Part shown: one piece after another, positions 1-9,028 of the stretch
Layout of the letters: every line of letters begins with the position of its first letter
Position numbering within the stretch: position 1 is the stretch's first letter
Source: Marinilabiliales bacterium
GTDB taxonomy: Bacteria > Bacteroidota > Bacteroidia > Bacteroidales > DTU049
Direction of reading: 5' to 3'
Assembly: GCA_002869435.1 (NCBI GenBank)
Contig: PKSX01000159.1
Span: forward strand, 1-55,559
DNA length: 55,559 nt
Notes under the pieces: model-generated
The model's input: the letters and a program-made list of their open reading frames with translations, nothing else
What the model was told of the DNA's origin: nothing
Databases searched by the model: none
Program-made: the position numbers and the translations under genes

Positions 1-12
1 ACCATCGATGGT

Positions 13-2049
13 TCAATACCAGCCATATTCAATATCATCAGACTCAAACACCATATGTCCCCATCGGTCGAAAATTTTCATATTATAATCACCATTTTCC
101 AGTGCAACTCCAATTCCATACGGTCTAAACACATCGTTTATTCCATCAGGGTAGTAAGGAGTAAATGCATTTGGAACATAAAAGGCTATATTGAGATCGA
201 CATGAATTATCACAAAAGCCGAATCACGACAACCGTGTTCTGTTTCCACTGTTTGCCATACCATGTAATCTCCGGGATTACTGAAAGAATGAGATGGATC
301 AGATTGATTCGAATAATTTGAACCACTGGCAAAATCACCAAAATTCCAGTAATAATAGATTGCTCCTGTACTGTTATCAAAAAACTGCACCTCAGGGTCA
401 TCCATCGTGACCGAGTATTCATCAGCAGTAAAACCTGCAACAGGCATTGGATACACTTCAATAAGTCCGATAATAGTATCGGCATTTTCACAGCCATAAA
501 CAGAAACAACGTGCAAACTCACATCATATACACCGGCGCTTCCATAGGTATGATTTGGAGCAGCCGAGGTTGATGTTGTACCATCTCCCAGATTCCAGTC
601 GTATGATGCAGCTGCCGGACTTATTAATGCAGAGAAATCTACAGTTAACGGCTCACAACCGTTTTCAGGAATAGCTGTTATGTCTATTGTTGGAGCCGGA
701 TTAACTGTAACTGTAGTATTTGCAGTTGAAGAACAACCATTAAGATCTGTACCCGTTACAGAATATGTAGTTGTAGATGCAGGACTAACTGTTTGCGAGC
801 CACCACTACCGGATGGATTCCACACAAAAGAGCTTGCTCCGCCGGCTGTTAATACAGATGAATCACCCCCGCAAATTGCTGAAGGAGAGGATGCAAGTGT
901 AACATTTGGCAATGGATTTACAAAAATGTCAATAGTGTCAATATCCTCACAGCCTGTTGCATCCGTTCCGGTTACTATATATGTAGTATTCGATGTTGGA
1001 CTCACCACCACACTGCTACCGCTTTGACCACTGCTCCAATTGTAAATTGAAGCGCCGGTTGCTGAAAGCGTTGTTGATTCTCCGTTACAAATTGTAGTAT
1101 CACTTGCAGTAACCTGAATATCAGACACGCCAATATTTACAGTCACAGTATCCATATCAATGTATTGAGTACCGTCACAGTTATCGTAAGTAACAAGTGC
1201 AATATAATCTGTTGTTACTGTGGGAGCTACTGTTATTGAATCTCCATAACCGACAACTGATCCGCCGGAAAACCATGAAACCGTATAATTGGCTGCACCA
1301 TTCGGCATAAAGCGCCATGCTTCATTAGAGGCTGTCCACGCACCGGTATTTCTTCCCGGTGGAACATATGCAACAGTTCCGGCAGCATTCTGAATACCAA
1401 CAAGTGCATTACCACTGTTCCAGCTTGAACAAAGTGGTTTGTTGTGAATATAAATATCTACAACATTGGTCCCTTCGTAGAGGACAATTTGCGAAGTAGT
1501 TTGAATACTTGTACAACTAAAATGACAAACAGCATTAAAATTGAAAACAAATGTTCTGCAGGGATATGTTCCCAGAATATCATATCGAATTGTGCCGCAA
1601 ACGCTGGGATCTATATCGTGATAAACACCAAATATTGCATTGGTTATAAGCGAACTACTGGGGGCAGTTGCAGAAAATGACCATGGGCAATAGGTTGAAC
1701 CGGGATCTGTAAAAGTCATTACACCATTTGATCCCACCCAAACCTGATTATAACTGCCACCGAAATAACAGAAATTAAATGGCAGTGTAATTGGACTGCT
1801 TGACCAAATATCATCAGTTCCTAAAGAGAACACTGTTCCGGATGTAACCGGATATGGAGGTGCAAACGGAATGGATGTTACCACATACGAATCTGTAGCC
1901 CCTGTTGGCAGGTAGTCTGCATAAAGAGTTACGCTACTTGTTCCACAAGTTGTAGTGTCATTACCAGTTGAAACAAATGGGCATCCTGTTGCCTGCGCCA
2001 TAGTAAAAACGGGTAGCAAGAGCAGAATCCCAAATATTATATTTTTCAT
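13..2049 (-). CDS. Secreted PKD-domain protein with T9SS type-B (gliding-motility/CHU_C) C-terminal sorting domain; the sorting domain appears cut short by the TGA at 13-15
   Basis: 678-aa ORF. Signal peptide MKNIIFGILLLLPVFTMAQA. Repeated Cys/Thr/Ser-rich Ig-like modules. PKD signature 'YDWNLGDGTTS...HTYGSAGVYDVSLHV'. C-terminus 'YVPNAFTPYYPDGINDVFRP...IFDRWGHMVFES' matches the type-B sorting-domain consensus. Confidence 0.75.
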   Translation of the reverse strand: MKNIIFGILLLLPVFTMAQATGCPFVSTGNDTTTCGTSSVTLYADYLPTGATDSYVVTSIPFAPPYPVTSGTVFSLGTDDIWSSSPITLPFNFCYFGGSYNQVWVGSNGVMTFTDPGSTYCPWSFSATAPSSSLITNAIFGVYHDIDPSVCGTIRYDILGTYPCRTFVFNFNAVCHFSCTSIQTTSQIVLYEGTNVVDIYIHNKPLCSSWNSGNALVGIQNAAGTVAYVPPGRNTGAWTASNEAWRFMPNGAANYTVSWFSGGSVVGYGDSITVAPTVTTDYIALVTYDNCDGTQYIDMDTVTVNIGVSDIQVTASDTTICNGESTTLSATGASIYNWSSGQSGSSVVVSPTSNTTYIVTGTDATGCEDIDTIDIFVNPLPNVTLASSPSAICGGDSSVLTAGGASSFVWNPSGSGGSQTVSPASTTTYSVTGTDLNGCSSTANTTVTVNPAPTIDITAIPENGCEPLTVDFSALISPAAASYDWNLGDGTTSTSAAPNHTYGSAGVYDVSLHVVSVYGCENADTIIGLIEVYPMPVAGFTADEYSVTMDDPEVQFFDNSTGAIYYYWNFGDFASGSNYSNQSDPSHSFSNPGDYMVWQTVETEHGCRDSAFVIIHVDLNIAFYVPNAFTPYYPDGINDVFRPYGIGVALENGDYNMKIFDRWGHMVFESDDIEYGWY

Positions 2050-2072
2050 AACAAAATCCCCAGAATTTTCCC

Positions 2073-2080
2073 CAAAGTTA
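2073..2080 (-). promoter_or_regulatory. Bacteroidota sigma-A -7 box (TAACTTTG on the - strand)
   Basis: Exact TAnnTTTG, 23 nt upstream of the ATG at 2049. Confidence 0.4.
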
Positions 2081-2136
2081 CAAAAACTATTAATTTTACC
2101 TTATTAGAGCATCAATATTGTAAAAAGTTTAACGCT

Positions 2137-2601
2137 ATGAGAACAAAAATTGTTTCAGACGAAAGAAATTTAATCGACATAATAGAAAAATCAAACATCT
2201 GCTTCGTCTCAATGGTCGACGAACAGGGTTTGCCATACGTTTTACCCTTTAATTTCGGTTTTAAGAATAATTTAATATATCTGCATAGCGGTAATGAAGG
2301 GCGCAAAGTAGATATTTTGAAAAGCAATCCAAATGTATGTATCGCTTTTTCAAACAGTGAAGAGCTGGCATATCAGGATAAAGATGTAGCCTGTAGTCAC
2401 TTCATGAAATACCGTAGTGTTTTGGTATACGGAAAAGTTAAATTTATTGAAAATAAAGAAGATAAGATCGATGCCCTGAATATTATCATGAAACACTATA
2501 CCGGAAGAGAGGATTATAAGTATAATGACCCTGCTATAAATAACGTACTGGTATTCACAGTAGAAGCCGAGAAAAAGACAGGGAAAATAATGGGGTATTA
2601 A
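2137..2601 (+). CDS. Pyridoxamine 5'-phosphate oxidase family (FMN-binding split-barrel, NimA-like) protein
   Basis: 154 aa. The pattern 'CFVSMVDEQGLPYVLPFNFGF..NLIYLHSGNEGRKVDILKSNPNVCI...VLVYGKVKFIE' is typical of PNPOx-like flavoproteins. Confidence 0.75.
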   Translation: MRTKIVSDERNLIDIIEKSNICFVSMVDEQGLPYVLPFNFGFKNNLIYLHSGNEGRKVDILKSNPNVCIAFSNSEELAYQDKDVACSHFMKYRSVLVYGKVKFIENKEDKIDALNIIMKHYTGREDYKYNDPAINNVLVFTVEAEKKTGKIMGY

Positions 2602-2610
2602 GCCTCGATT

Positions 2611-2994
2611 GAAGTAATATTGAAAAAGTAGAAAAGTAGAAAAGTAAGAAGTGAGCCAACACCACAATTACTTATTACTTTTTCAATCTAAATTTTTCAA
2701 TTTGACTTCACAATATCAAAACAACGGTGGTTGAGCGTAGTCGAAACCACATGACAGCTATTCGTTGGGTCATTACGGTTTCGCTTCAAGTTAAATTGAA
2801 AAAGGAAAAAAGTAAAAAAGTATGAAGTGAGCATACACCACAATTACTTTTTCAATCTTACTTTTTCAACTTGACTTCACAATATCAAAACAACGGTGGC
2901 TGAGCGGAGTCGAAGTCACATGACAACACCCGGGCATTTCGACTACGCTCAATGACCGGGTTGCTTAATCATAAATCTTTCAATTTGACTTCAC
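2611..2994. repeat. Composite tandem repeat: two full units of ~169-176 bp plus a partial third unit that overlaps the PAP2 stop codon
   Basis: The 29-mer TTGACTTCACAATATCAAAACAACGGTGG occurs identically at 2702-2730 and 2871-2899, and TTGACTTCAC occurs again at 2985-2994. Each unit is a long A/G-rich versus T/C-rich imperfect hairpin (e.g. 2619-2700) followed by a TGAGCG-AGTCGAA palindrome module. Confidence 0.85.
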
Positions 2995-3561
2995 CAAAAC
3001 TTTTGTTTTCAACCATTCAAACAGCTTAAACATTCCAAACCCTATCAGCATTCCAAGCAAAGCACCCACACTCACATCGGCAGGATAGTGTACACCCAGA
3101 TATACTCTGCTGTATGCCACCAGCGCTGCATAGCCAATCATAATGGGCCAAAACATGAATTTTATATGCTTTCTCAGCATCAACCAGGCAAACATGGCCA
3201 CCCCAAAAGCATTTGTAGCATGCGATGAAACAAAACCCCATTTCCCACCGCATTTTCCGTTTACAATATTCACCAAGCCTTCCAGTTCAGGATTATGGCA
3301 GGGTCTAAAGCGATGGAATACATTTTTGAACAGCTGAACTGAACTTTGATCAGTCAAAGTAACCAACAGCGGGACCATCAATATAATCAACCACCAAAAC
3401 TTCAGATTCTTCCGAATCATCAGAAAAAGCAGCAAAGCATAAAAAGGAATCCAGATATATTTATCACTCACCCACCAGAAAAACACATCGGCCCAGCCGG
3501 AGCGCCAGCCGTTTATCGCCAGAAAAACATCAATATCGAGGCGGATCAGAAAATCTATCAT
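2980..3561 (-). CDS. PAP2-family lipid phosphatase (undecaprenyl-diphosphatase / phosphatidic acid phosphatase type 2)
   Basis: 193 aa, multi-TM. The three PAP2 motifs are present: 'KNVFHRFRP', 'SSH' and 'SRVYLGVHYPADV'. Confidence 0.85.
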   Translation of the reverse strand: MIDFLIRLDIDVFLAINGWRSGWADVFFWWVSDKYIWIPFYALLLFLMIRKNLKFWWLIILMVPLLVTLTDQSSVQLFKNVFHRFRPCHNPELEGLVNIVNGKCGGKWGFVSSHATNAFGVAMFAWLMLRKHIKFMFWPIMIGYAALVAYSRVYLGVHYPADVSVGALLGMLIGFGMFKLFEWLKTKVLVKSN

Positions 3562-3578
3562 GGTGCAAAAATAAGAAA

Positions 3579-3685
3579 TAGTGGAAAGTGGAAAGTAAAA
3601 AAGTAGAACGTAGAACGTACAACATAGAAATTAGAACGTAAAGCGCTTCCAAGTTCTAAACTCTGAATTCTAAGTTCTAAATTTT
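3579..3685. repeat. Long imperfect palindrome built from TAGAAC / GTTCTA repeats, centred on AAGCGCTT (3641-3648)
   Basis: Left arm has GTGGAAA x2, GTAGAAC x2 and TTAGAAC. Right arm has GTTCTAA x2 and ATTCTAA. It lies in the divergent PAP2/recN intergenic region. Confidence 0.6.
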
Positions 3686-3733
3686 CTCAAAATTCAAGAT
3701 TCTCGACTCATGATTCTAGATTTTAAATTTTCG

Positions 3734-3741
3734 TAATTTTG
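3734..3741 (+). promoter_or_regulatory. Bacteroidota -7 box TAATTTTG
   Basis: Exact TAnnTTTG, 11 nt upstream of the recN ATG (3753). Confidence 0.4.
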
Positions 3742-3752
3742 CATGAAGTATT

Positions 3753-5408
3753 ATGCTGAAGTCACTTCATATACGTAACTATATTTTAATCCGGGAACTT
3801 GAAATAAGCTTCTCCGACGGATTGAATGTAATCACCGGTGAAACCGGTGCAGGTAAGTCTATTTTGCTGGGTGCCATTGCATTACTGGCCGGAAAACGTG
3901 CAGAATCTGATGTACTTTTCGACACTGATAAAAAATGTGTACTGGAAGGTCATTTCAACTGCAAGAACCTGAATCTGGAGTCATTTTTTGAAGAAAACGA
4001 ACTCGATTTTGAAAACACCGGAATTATAAGACGAGAGATCGGCACCAACGGTAAATCGAGGGCGTTTATCAATGACACGCCGGTAAATCTTTCCGTGCTT
4101 AAAGCTTTCAGTGAGCGCATGCTCAATATTCACTCACAACACGAAAGTCTGCTCATTGCCGGATCTGTATTTCAGCTCAACACCATAGATTCATTTGCCG
4201 GAAATCAGGAGCTGCTGCAACAATACAAAGACCGGTATCATTTCTGGCAAAAAATATCAAAAGAACTTGCCACACTGAAAGACGAAAACCAACGCATCAA
4301 CAGTGACCTTGATTATTATAATTTCCTTTTTGAGGAGCTTGAAGCTGCCAATATCTCGAAAGAAGATTATGAAGAACTTGATCAGGAACACAAATGGCTC
4401 CTCAATGCCGGCAAGATAAACGAAGCCCTTTCGATGTCGGTATTTGAACTTACTGAATCAGAACAGGATATTTTAAGCCGTCTCAAACGAATTGAACAGG
4501 AATTGAGCTCATGCGGAGATTTCCACGATGAAATAAAAGAACTTTCAGAACGTATCTCACAGGCCCAGATTGAGATAAGCGATATTGCTGATTCGCTACA
4601 AAGCCTTGCTTCAAAAAGCGATTTTTCGGAGGCACGACTTACTGAAGTTTCAGAACGCCTTGATGAATATAATCGTCTCATGCATAAACATAAAGTAAAT
4701 GAGATCGAGGATTTGATTGAGGCTAAAATTAAGATTGAAGGGCACCTCACAGCCAGTACAGATCTGGATGAAAAGATTGCAAGACTGGAAGCAGAAAAAG
4801 CGGCTGGTTATGAAAAGGTAAAAGCAGAAGCAGAAAAACTCCATCAAAAACGTAAATCGGCTTCGTCACAATTTGAGAAGGAGCTGAAAAATATAATTGC
4901 AGAACTTGGAATGCCCGATGCAGAGTTTCTAATCGAACTTGCGGAATCTGATGAATATAGCGCGGACGGAAAAGACAAACTGCGCTTTCTTTTCAATGCA
5001 AACAAGGGAGGCAAAGTTCAGGCACTGAGCCAGGTGGCATCGGGTGGTGAAATTTCGAGGGTCATGCTCGCCATAAAATCCATGATTGCCGAACGCCGTA
5101 TTCTGCCTACGATTATTTTTGATGAGATTGACAGTGGTGTAAGTGGTAAGATGGCGGCCAAAATGGGAAATATTCTGAAAAGAATGGCTTCTTCAAGGCA
5201 GATACTGGCGGTAACACATTTACCGCAGATTGCTGCGAGGGGCCTCAAGCATATACATGTTATTAAAGATAATCTCGGGCAAAAAGCCCTAACACAAATG
5301 CTCATTCTGAATGAGGCTGAGCGTATTGAAGAGATAGCCAAAATGCTGGGCGACGAAAACACCTCTGAAAATGCCCGCGAAATGGCGAAGGAACTACTTA
5401 GAGACTAA
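3753..5408 (+). CDS. recN: DNA repair protein RecN
   Basis: 551 aa. N-terminal Walker A 'ITGETGAGKSILLGAI', long coiled-coil middle, C-terminal 'ASGGEISRVMLAIK' signature and 'TIIFDEIDSGVSG' Walker B. Confidence 0.95.
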   Translation: MLKSLHIRNYILIRELEISFSDGLNVITGETGAGKSILLGAIALLAGKRAESDVLFDTDKKCVLEGHFNCKNLNLESFFEENELDFENTGIIRREIGTNGKSRAFINDTPVNLSVLKAFSERMLNIHSQHESLLIAGSVFQLNTIDSFAGNQELLQQYKDRYHFWQKISKELATLKDENQRINSDLDYYNFLFEELEAANISKEDYEELDQEHKWLLNAGKINEALSMSVFELTESEQDILSRLKRIEQELSSCGDFHDEIKELSERISQAQIEISDIADSLQSLASKSDFSEARLTEVSERLDEYNRLMHKHKVNEIEDLIEAKIKIEGHLTASTDLDEKIARLEAEKAAGYEKVKAEAEKLHQKRKSASSQFEKELKNIIAELGMPDAEFLIELAESDEYSADGKDKLRFLFNANKGGKVQALSQVASGGEISRVMLAIKSMIAERRILPTIIFDEIDSGVSGKMAAKMGNILKRMASSRQILAVTHLPQIAARGLKHIHVIKDNLGQKALTQMLILNEAERIEEIAKMLGDENTSENAREMAKELLRD

Positions 5409-5424
5409 AAACAGAAAGCATATT

Positions 5425-6285
5425 ATGAAAATTCTGAAAAATAAGCGCGGAATCATTTTCGGCGCACTCGATGAGAATTCTATTGCATGGCAAACCGCAC
5501 TCAAAGCTCATGCTGCCGGAGCAAAATTTGTATTAACCAACACCGAAATGGCTCTACGCAAAGGCGATATCTTTGAGCTTGCCAAACAATGTGATGCAGA
5601 AGTTATTGCCGCTGATGTAACCGACATGGATGACCTTGAAGATCTTTTTAAAGAAAGCATGAAAAAACTCGGTGGAAAACTCGATTTCATTCTGCACAGT
5701 GTAGGTATGTCACCCAATGTTCGTAAAAAAGTACCTTATCCGGAGTTAAACTACGAATATTTCAAAAAAACCATTGATATTTCAGCTACATCGCTGCATA
5801 AGGTGCTGGCAACTTCTTACAAATTGGATCCACTAAATGAATACGGCTCTGTTGTTGCCATGACCTATATTGGCTCTGAACGTCAGTTTTCGAGCTATGG
5901 CGATATGTCGCAGGCCAAAGCCATGCTCGAAAGTATTGTTCGCAGTTTTGGATACCATTACGGTGTTCATAAAAAGGTTCGTATAAATTCAATTAGCCAG
6001 AGCCCTACAGCTACTTCTGCCGGTAAAGGGGTGGGTGGATTTGATGCGTTTTTCTCATATGCCGATTGCAATTCGCCATTAGGAAATGCTACTGCTGAGG
6101 AATGTGCAGAGTTTTGTGTCGCCATGTTTAGTGATTTTACGAAAAAAGTGACCATGCAGAATATATATCACGATGGTGGTTTTAGCACAATGGGAATTTC
6201 AGACAAACTGATCGGAAACTGCTTCAACTGTAAAGGTGATTGCATGGATGAAACATTTGATAAGATTAATATTAAAGCTAAGTAA
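5425..6285 (+). CDS. fabI: Enoyl-[acyl-carrier-protein] reductase FabI-type (SDR), with a Cys-rich C-terminal tail
   Basis: 'LKNKRGIIFGALDENSIAWQ' glycine-rich N-terminus and the FabI 'Y..M..AKA.LES' catalytic Tyr/Lys motif ('SYGDMSQAKAMLESIV'). I chose the ATG at 5425 because the longer ORF start (5371) overlaps the recN 3' end. Confidence 0.8.
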   Translation: MKILKNKRGIIFGALDENSIAWQTALKAHAAGAKFVLTNTEMALRKGDIFELAKQCDAEVIAADVTDMDDLEDLFKESMKKLGGKLDFILHSVGMSPNVRKKVPYPELNYEYFKKTIDISATSLHKVLATSYKLDPLNEYGSVVAMTYIGSERQFSSYGDMSQAKAMLESIVRSFGYHYGVHKKVRINSISQSPTATSAGKGVGGFDAFFSYADCNSPLGNATAEECAEFCVAMFSDFTKKVTMQNIYHDGGFSTMGISDKLIGNCFNCKGDCMDETFDKINIKAK

Positions 6286-6900
6286 ATGGCTAAAAGAAAA
6301 TACCAGATTGACAACGACCCCTCTAAAGAACTAATGTTCAGGTGGAATGCCGGATGGCGCAGTACTGAAGTGTACTGGAATCAGGAACAAATTGCCGTTT
6401 TTGATAAAAACCAAACCATGTCAGGGGTTAATCTTAATTTACCTGATGGAAAGAACCTTGATATTCTGCTTATAAAAGGTATTTTCACACATCTGGTTAC
6501 CAAAATAGATGGCAAGCACATTCCCAACTCAATGGGTGACCCTCAATATACATTCAGGCAAATTTTTCTTTTACTTTTGGTACTGGGAATTATAAATATT
6601 GGTGTCGGTTTGGCATTCTTCTTCCTGAACAATGATGCAGAAATTCAACAGCTTGGCATTATCAATGCTGCCATGGGAGGTTTACAAATCCTGATTGGCT
6701 ACGGAGTTATGAAAAACCTCTTCCCCGCCCTTATTACTGCAGTAATCTTTATGGGAGCCGACCTGGTACTTACAGCAATATCGTGGGGTGGAAATGCCAC
6801 CAGCGGAGGTGTATTTATGAAATTATTCTTTCTGATTTTTATCTTCAGAGGATTTAGTGCCTTTAAAGAGAAAAAAAGAATAGAAAATGAAAACATATAA
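6286..6900 (+). CDS. Hypothetical membrane protein (soluble ~90-aa N-domain plus 3-4 TM helices)
   Basis: 204-aa ORF. Its ATG abuts the fabI stop (TAAATG). Hydrophobic segments include 'IFLLLLVLGIINIGVGLAFFF' and 'LITAVIFMGADLVLTAI'. I recognise no family. Confidence 0.6.
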   Translation: MAKRKYQIDNDPSKELMFRWNAGWRSTEVYWNQEQIAVFDKNQTMSGVNLNLPDGKNLDILLIKGIFTHLVTKIDGKHIPNSMGDPQYTFRQIFLLLLVLGIINIGVGLAFFFLNNDAEIQQLGIINAAMGGLQILIGYGVMKNLFPALITAVIFMGADLVLTAISWGGNATSGGVFMKLFFLIFIFRGFSAFKEKKRIENENI

Positions 6901-6993
6901 ATTATTTATATACAATTCGTCAAATGATTTCTTTGCCTTACTATAATTATTAAGGAGTTTGAAGAAATCATGTTTGACACATTAAAATTTCAC

Positions 6994-7001
6994 TATTTTT
7001 G
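6994..7001 (+). promoter_or_regulatory. Bacteroidota -7 box TATTTTTG
   Basis: Exact TAnnTTTG, 56 nt upstream of the ATG at 7058. Confidence 0.35.
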
Positions 7002-7057
7002 CCATAGTGACAATTCTCTTTTGTCCTATGCAAATTCATAAAACAAACTAAGGCAAT

Positions 7058-9019
7058 ATGGCACACAGTTTCAGAAAAAGAACGCAATACAGATTTGAAC
7101 AATTTATGGCAAAGGGTGGAAGCTCAATTTTCCTCAGTTTGCTCATCACCTTTCTCGTAGTTTTTGGCGTAATTATATTAATTCGTTTCCTGATTCTGTG
7201 GTTTACAGGCCCTGTTCCTGAATACAATACCGTGACCGGTTTCTGGGATCATATTTGGTACACATTTCTGCAAATGACCGACCCGGGCAATATGTATCAG
7301 GATTCGGAAACCAATGGATGGATTAGGGTTACCACTGTTATTGCCGGTTTCGCCGGAGTGATTCTCTTTTCTGCATTAATTGCTTTTATCACTACATCGC
7401 TGGATAATCTATTGTATAAATTCCGCAAAGGACGCGGAATAATTCTGGAAGAAAACCACACCCTGATACTGGGATGGAATGAACGCGTGGTAGATATCAT
7501 CAGAGAACTGATCATTGCTAACGAGAGTGAAAAATCTGCCAGTGTGGTTGTTTGCTCGGAAATGGACAAGGAAGACATGGATGATTTTATCATAAATCGT
7601 TTGCCTGATACTAAAACGACCAAGATTATTACGACCAATGGTATTCCAACCAACATCAATGAGTTGAAACGCATTTCTGCAATAGAAGCTAAATCGGCAA
7701 TTATACTTTCATCTTGTTCAGACAGCGCTACATATGATGAGAAGATCCTGTCAGACACACAGGTTATTAAAACCATTATGGCTTTATTAACCTTACAAAA
7801 CGGAGAAAACAAGCTACCGATCATTAGCGAGGTTCATACTGAGCAGAAAAGAAATATCGTCAATTTCTTTGATGACGGACAGATCATTGCCCTTGACAAC
7901 TGGGATATTATGGGAAAACTTCTGGTTCAAACTTCATTAACCAGTGGTCTGGAAATGGTGTATTCTGAAATTTTATCATTCGATCTGAACGAGATATATT
8001 ACTACAATGCCAAGTGGAACGAAATCACATTTGGCGAGTTGCCCTATCATTTTGAGGACGGTGTTCCGATGGGTGTTTATAAAAGCGATGATACACTCAT
8101 GATGCGCCCGGACAATGATTATAAACTGGCTGACGATGATGAGATTCTCATTCTGGCTGATGACGATTCAACCATACATTTCAAACCACAACAACTCTAT
8201 AAGCCTAAAGAACTGGAATATGAGCATCATACGCTTGAGCAGCGCACAAAATCTACTCTTGTTCTTGGCTGGCATAATGTGGCCAATATTTTCATCCGCG
8301 AAAGCAATGATTACCTAAAGGAAGGCTCGAATTTCGATGTTATGATCCATAACCCCACCGACGAGATCATACAGCATATCGAAGATATAGATAAGGAATA
8401 TCCAGATCTGAAAATTACCCTGCATAATGAAAACACATTGGTGCTGGAAAATCTGAAAAAGTTGAATCCGTTTACCTACGACAGCATCATTATTCTTTCA
8501 CAGGATCCGACTGAGGAAGACGCTGAGAAAGTAGACAGCGATACATTGATGATTCTGCTTCTGCTCAGGAAGATTGCCAAGGATGCGGATATCAGAAAGA
8601 ATGATGTAAACACTAAAATCATCACACAGGTATTGAATTCAGATAATCAGGAATTGATTCTACAAACCGATGTTGACGACTTTATCATCAGTAACAAGCT
8701 CATTACAATGATTCTTGCACAGCTGAGTGAAGAACCTAAGATCAAAAAGTTATACGACGATATTTTCCAGGAAGACGGCAGTGAGATTTATGTAAAACCG
8801 GCTACTTTATATTTTAAAGAGTTCCCGGTGAAGCAGGATTTTGCCACCATTATGGAGCAGGTTCGCAAGAGAGATGAGATATGTCTTGGGGTTCGTTACC
8901 AGCACTTACACAGAGATGTGGAAAGCAATTTCGGTGTAAGCCTGAATATTCCTAAGGACCAGGTGATAGAAATCTCAGAAAATGATTTTATTGTTGTTTT
9001 AGCTGAAGATGAGTTATAG
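7058..9019 (+). CDS. CASTOR/POLLUX (DMI1)-related ion channel with tandem RCK/TrkA-like domains
   Basis: 653 aa. N-terminal TM helices flank a pore-loop-like 'WYTFLQMTDPGNMY'. Two Rossmann-like RCK repeats follow ('HTLILGWNERVVDIIREL', 'STLVLGWHNVANIF'). Confidence 0.75.
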   Translation: MAHSFRKRTQYRFEQFMAKGGSSIFLSLLITFLVVFGVIILIRFLILWFTGPVPEYNTVTGFWDHIWYTFLQMTDPGNMYQDSETNGWIRVTTVIAGFAGVILFSALIAFITTSLDNLLYKFRKGRGIILEENHTLILGWNERVVDIIRELIIANESEKSASVVVCSEMDKEDMDDFIINRLPDTKTTKIITTNGIPTNINELKRISAIEAKSAIILSSCSDSATYDEKILSDTQVIKTIMALLTLQNGENKLPIISEVHTEQKRNIVNFFDDGQIIALDNWDIMGKLLVQTSLTSGLEMVYSEILSFDLNEIYYYNAKWNEITFGELPYHFEDGVPMGVYKSDDTLMMRPDNDYKLADDDEILILADDDSTIHFKPQQLYKPKELEYEHHTLEQRTKSTLVLGWHNVANIFIRESNDYLKEGSNFDVMIHNPTDEIIQHIEDIDKEYPDLKITLHNENTLVLENLKKLNPFTYDSIIILSQDPTEEDAEKVDSDTLMILLLLRKIAKDADIRKNDVNTKIITQVLNSDNQELILQTDVDDFIISNKLITMILAQLSEEPKIKKLYDDIFQEDGSEIYVKPATLYFKEFPVKQDFATIMEQVRKRDEICLGVRYQHLHRDVESNFGVSLNIPKDQVIEISENDFIVVLAEDEL

Positions 9020-9028
9020 AGTTAGCAG

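Noticed and set aside
2611-2994. CRISPR array, as a possible identity for the tandem repeat region.
   Set aside because: The period is ~169-176 bp and the whole unit is repeated. There are no short direct repeats separated by unique spacers and no cas genes nearby.
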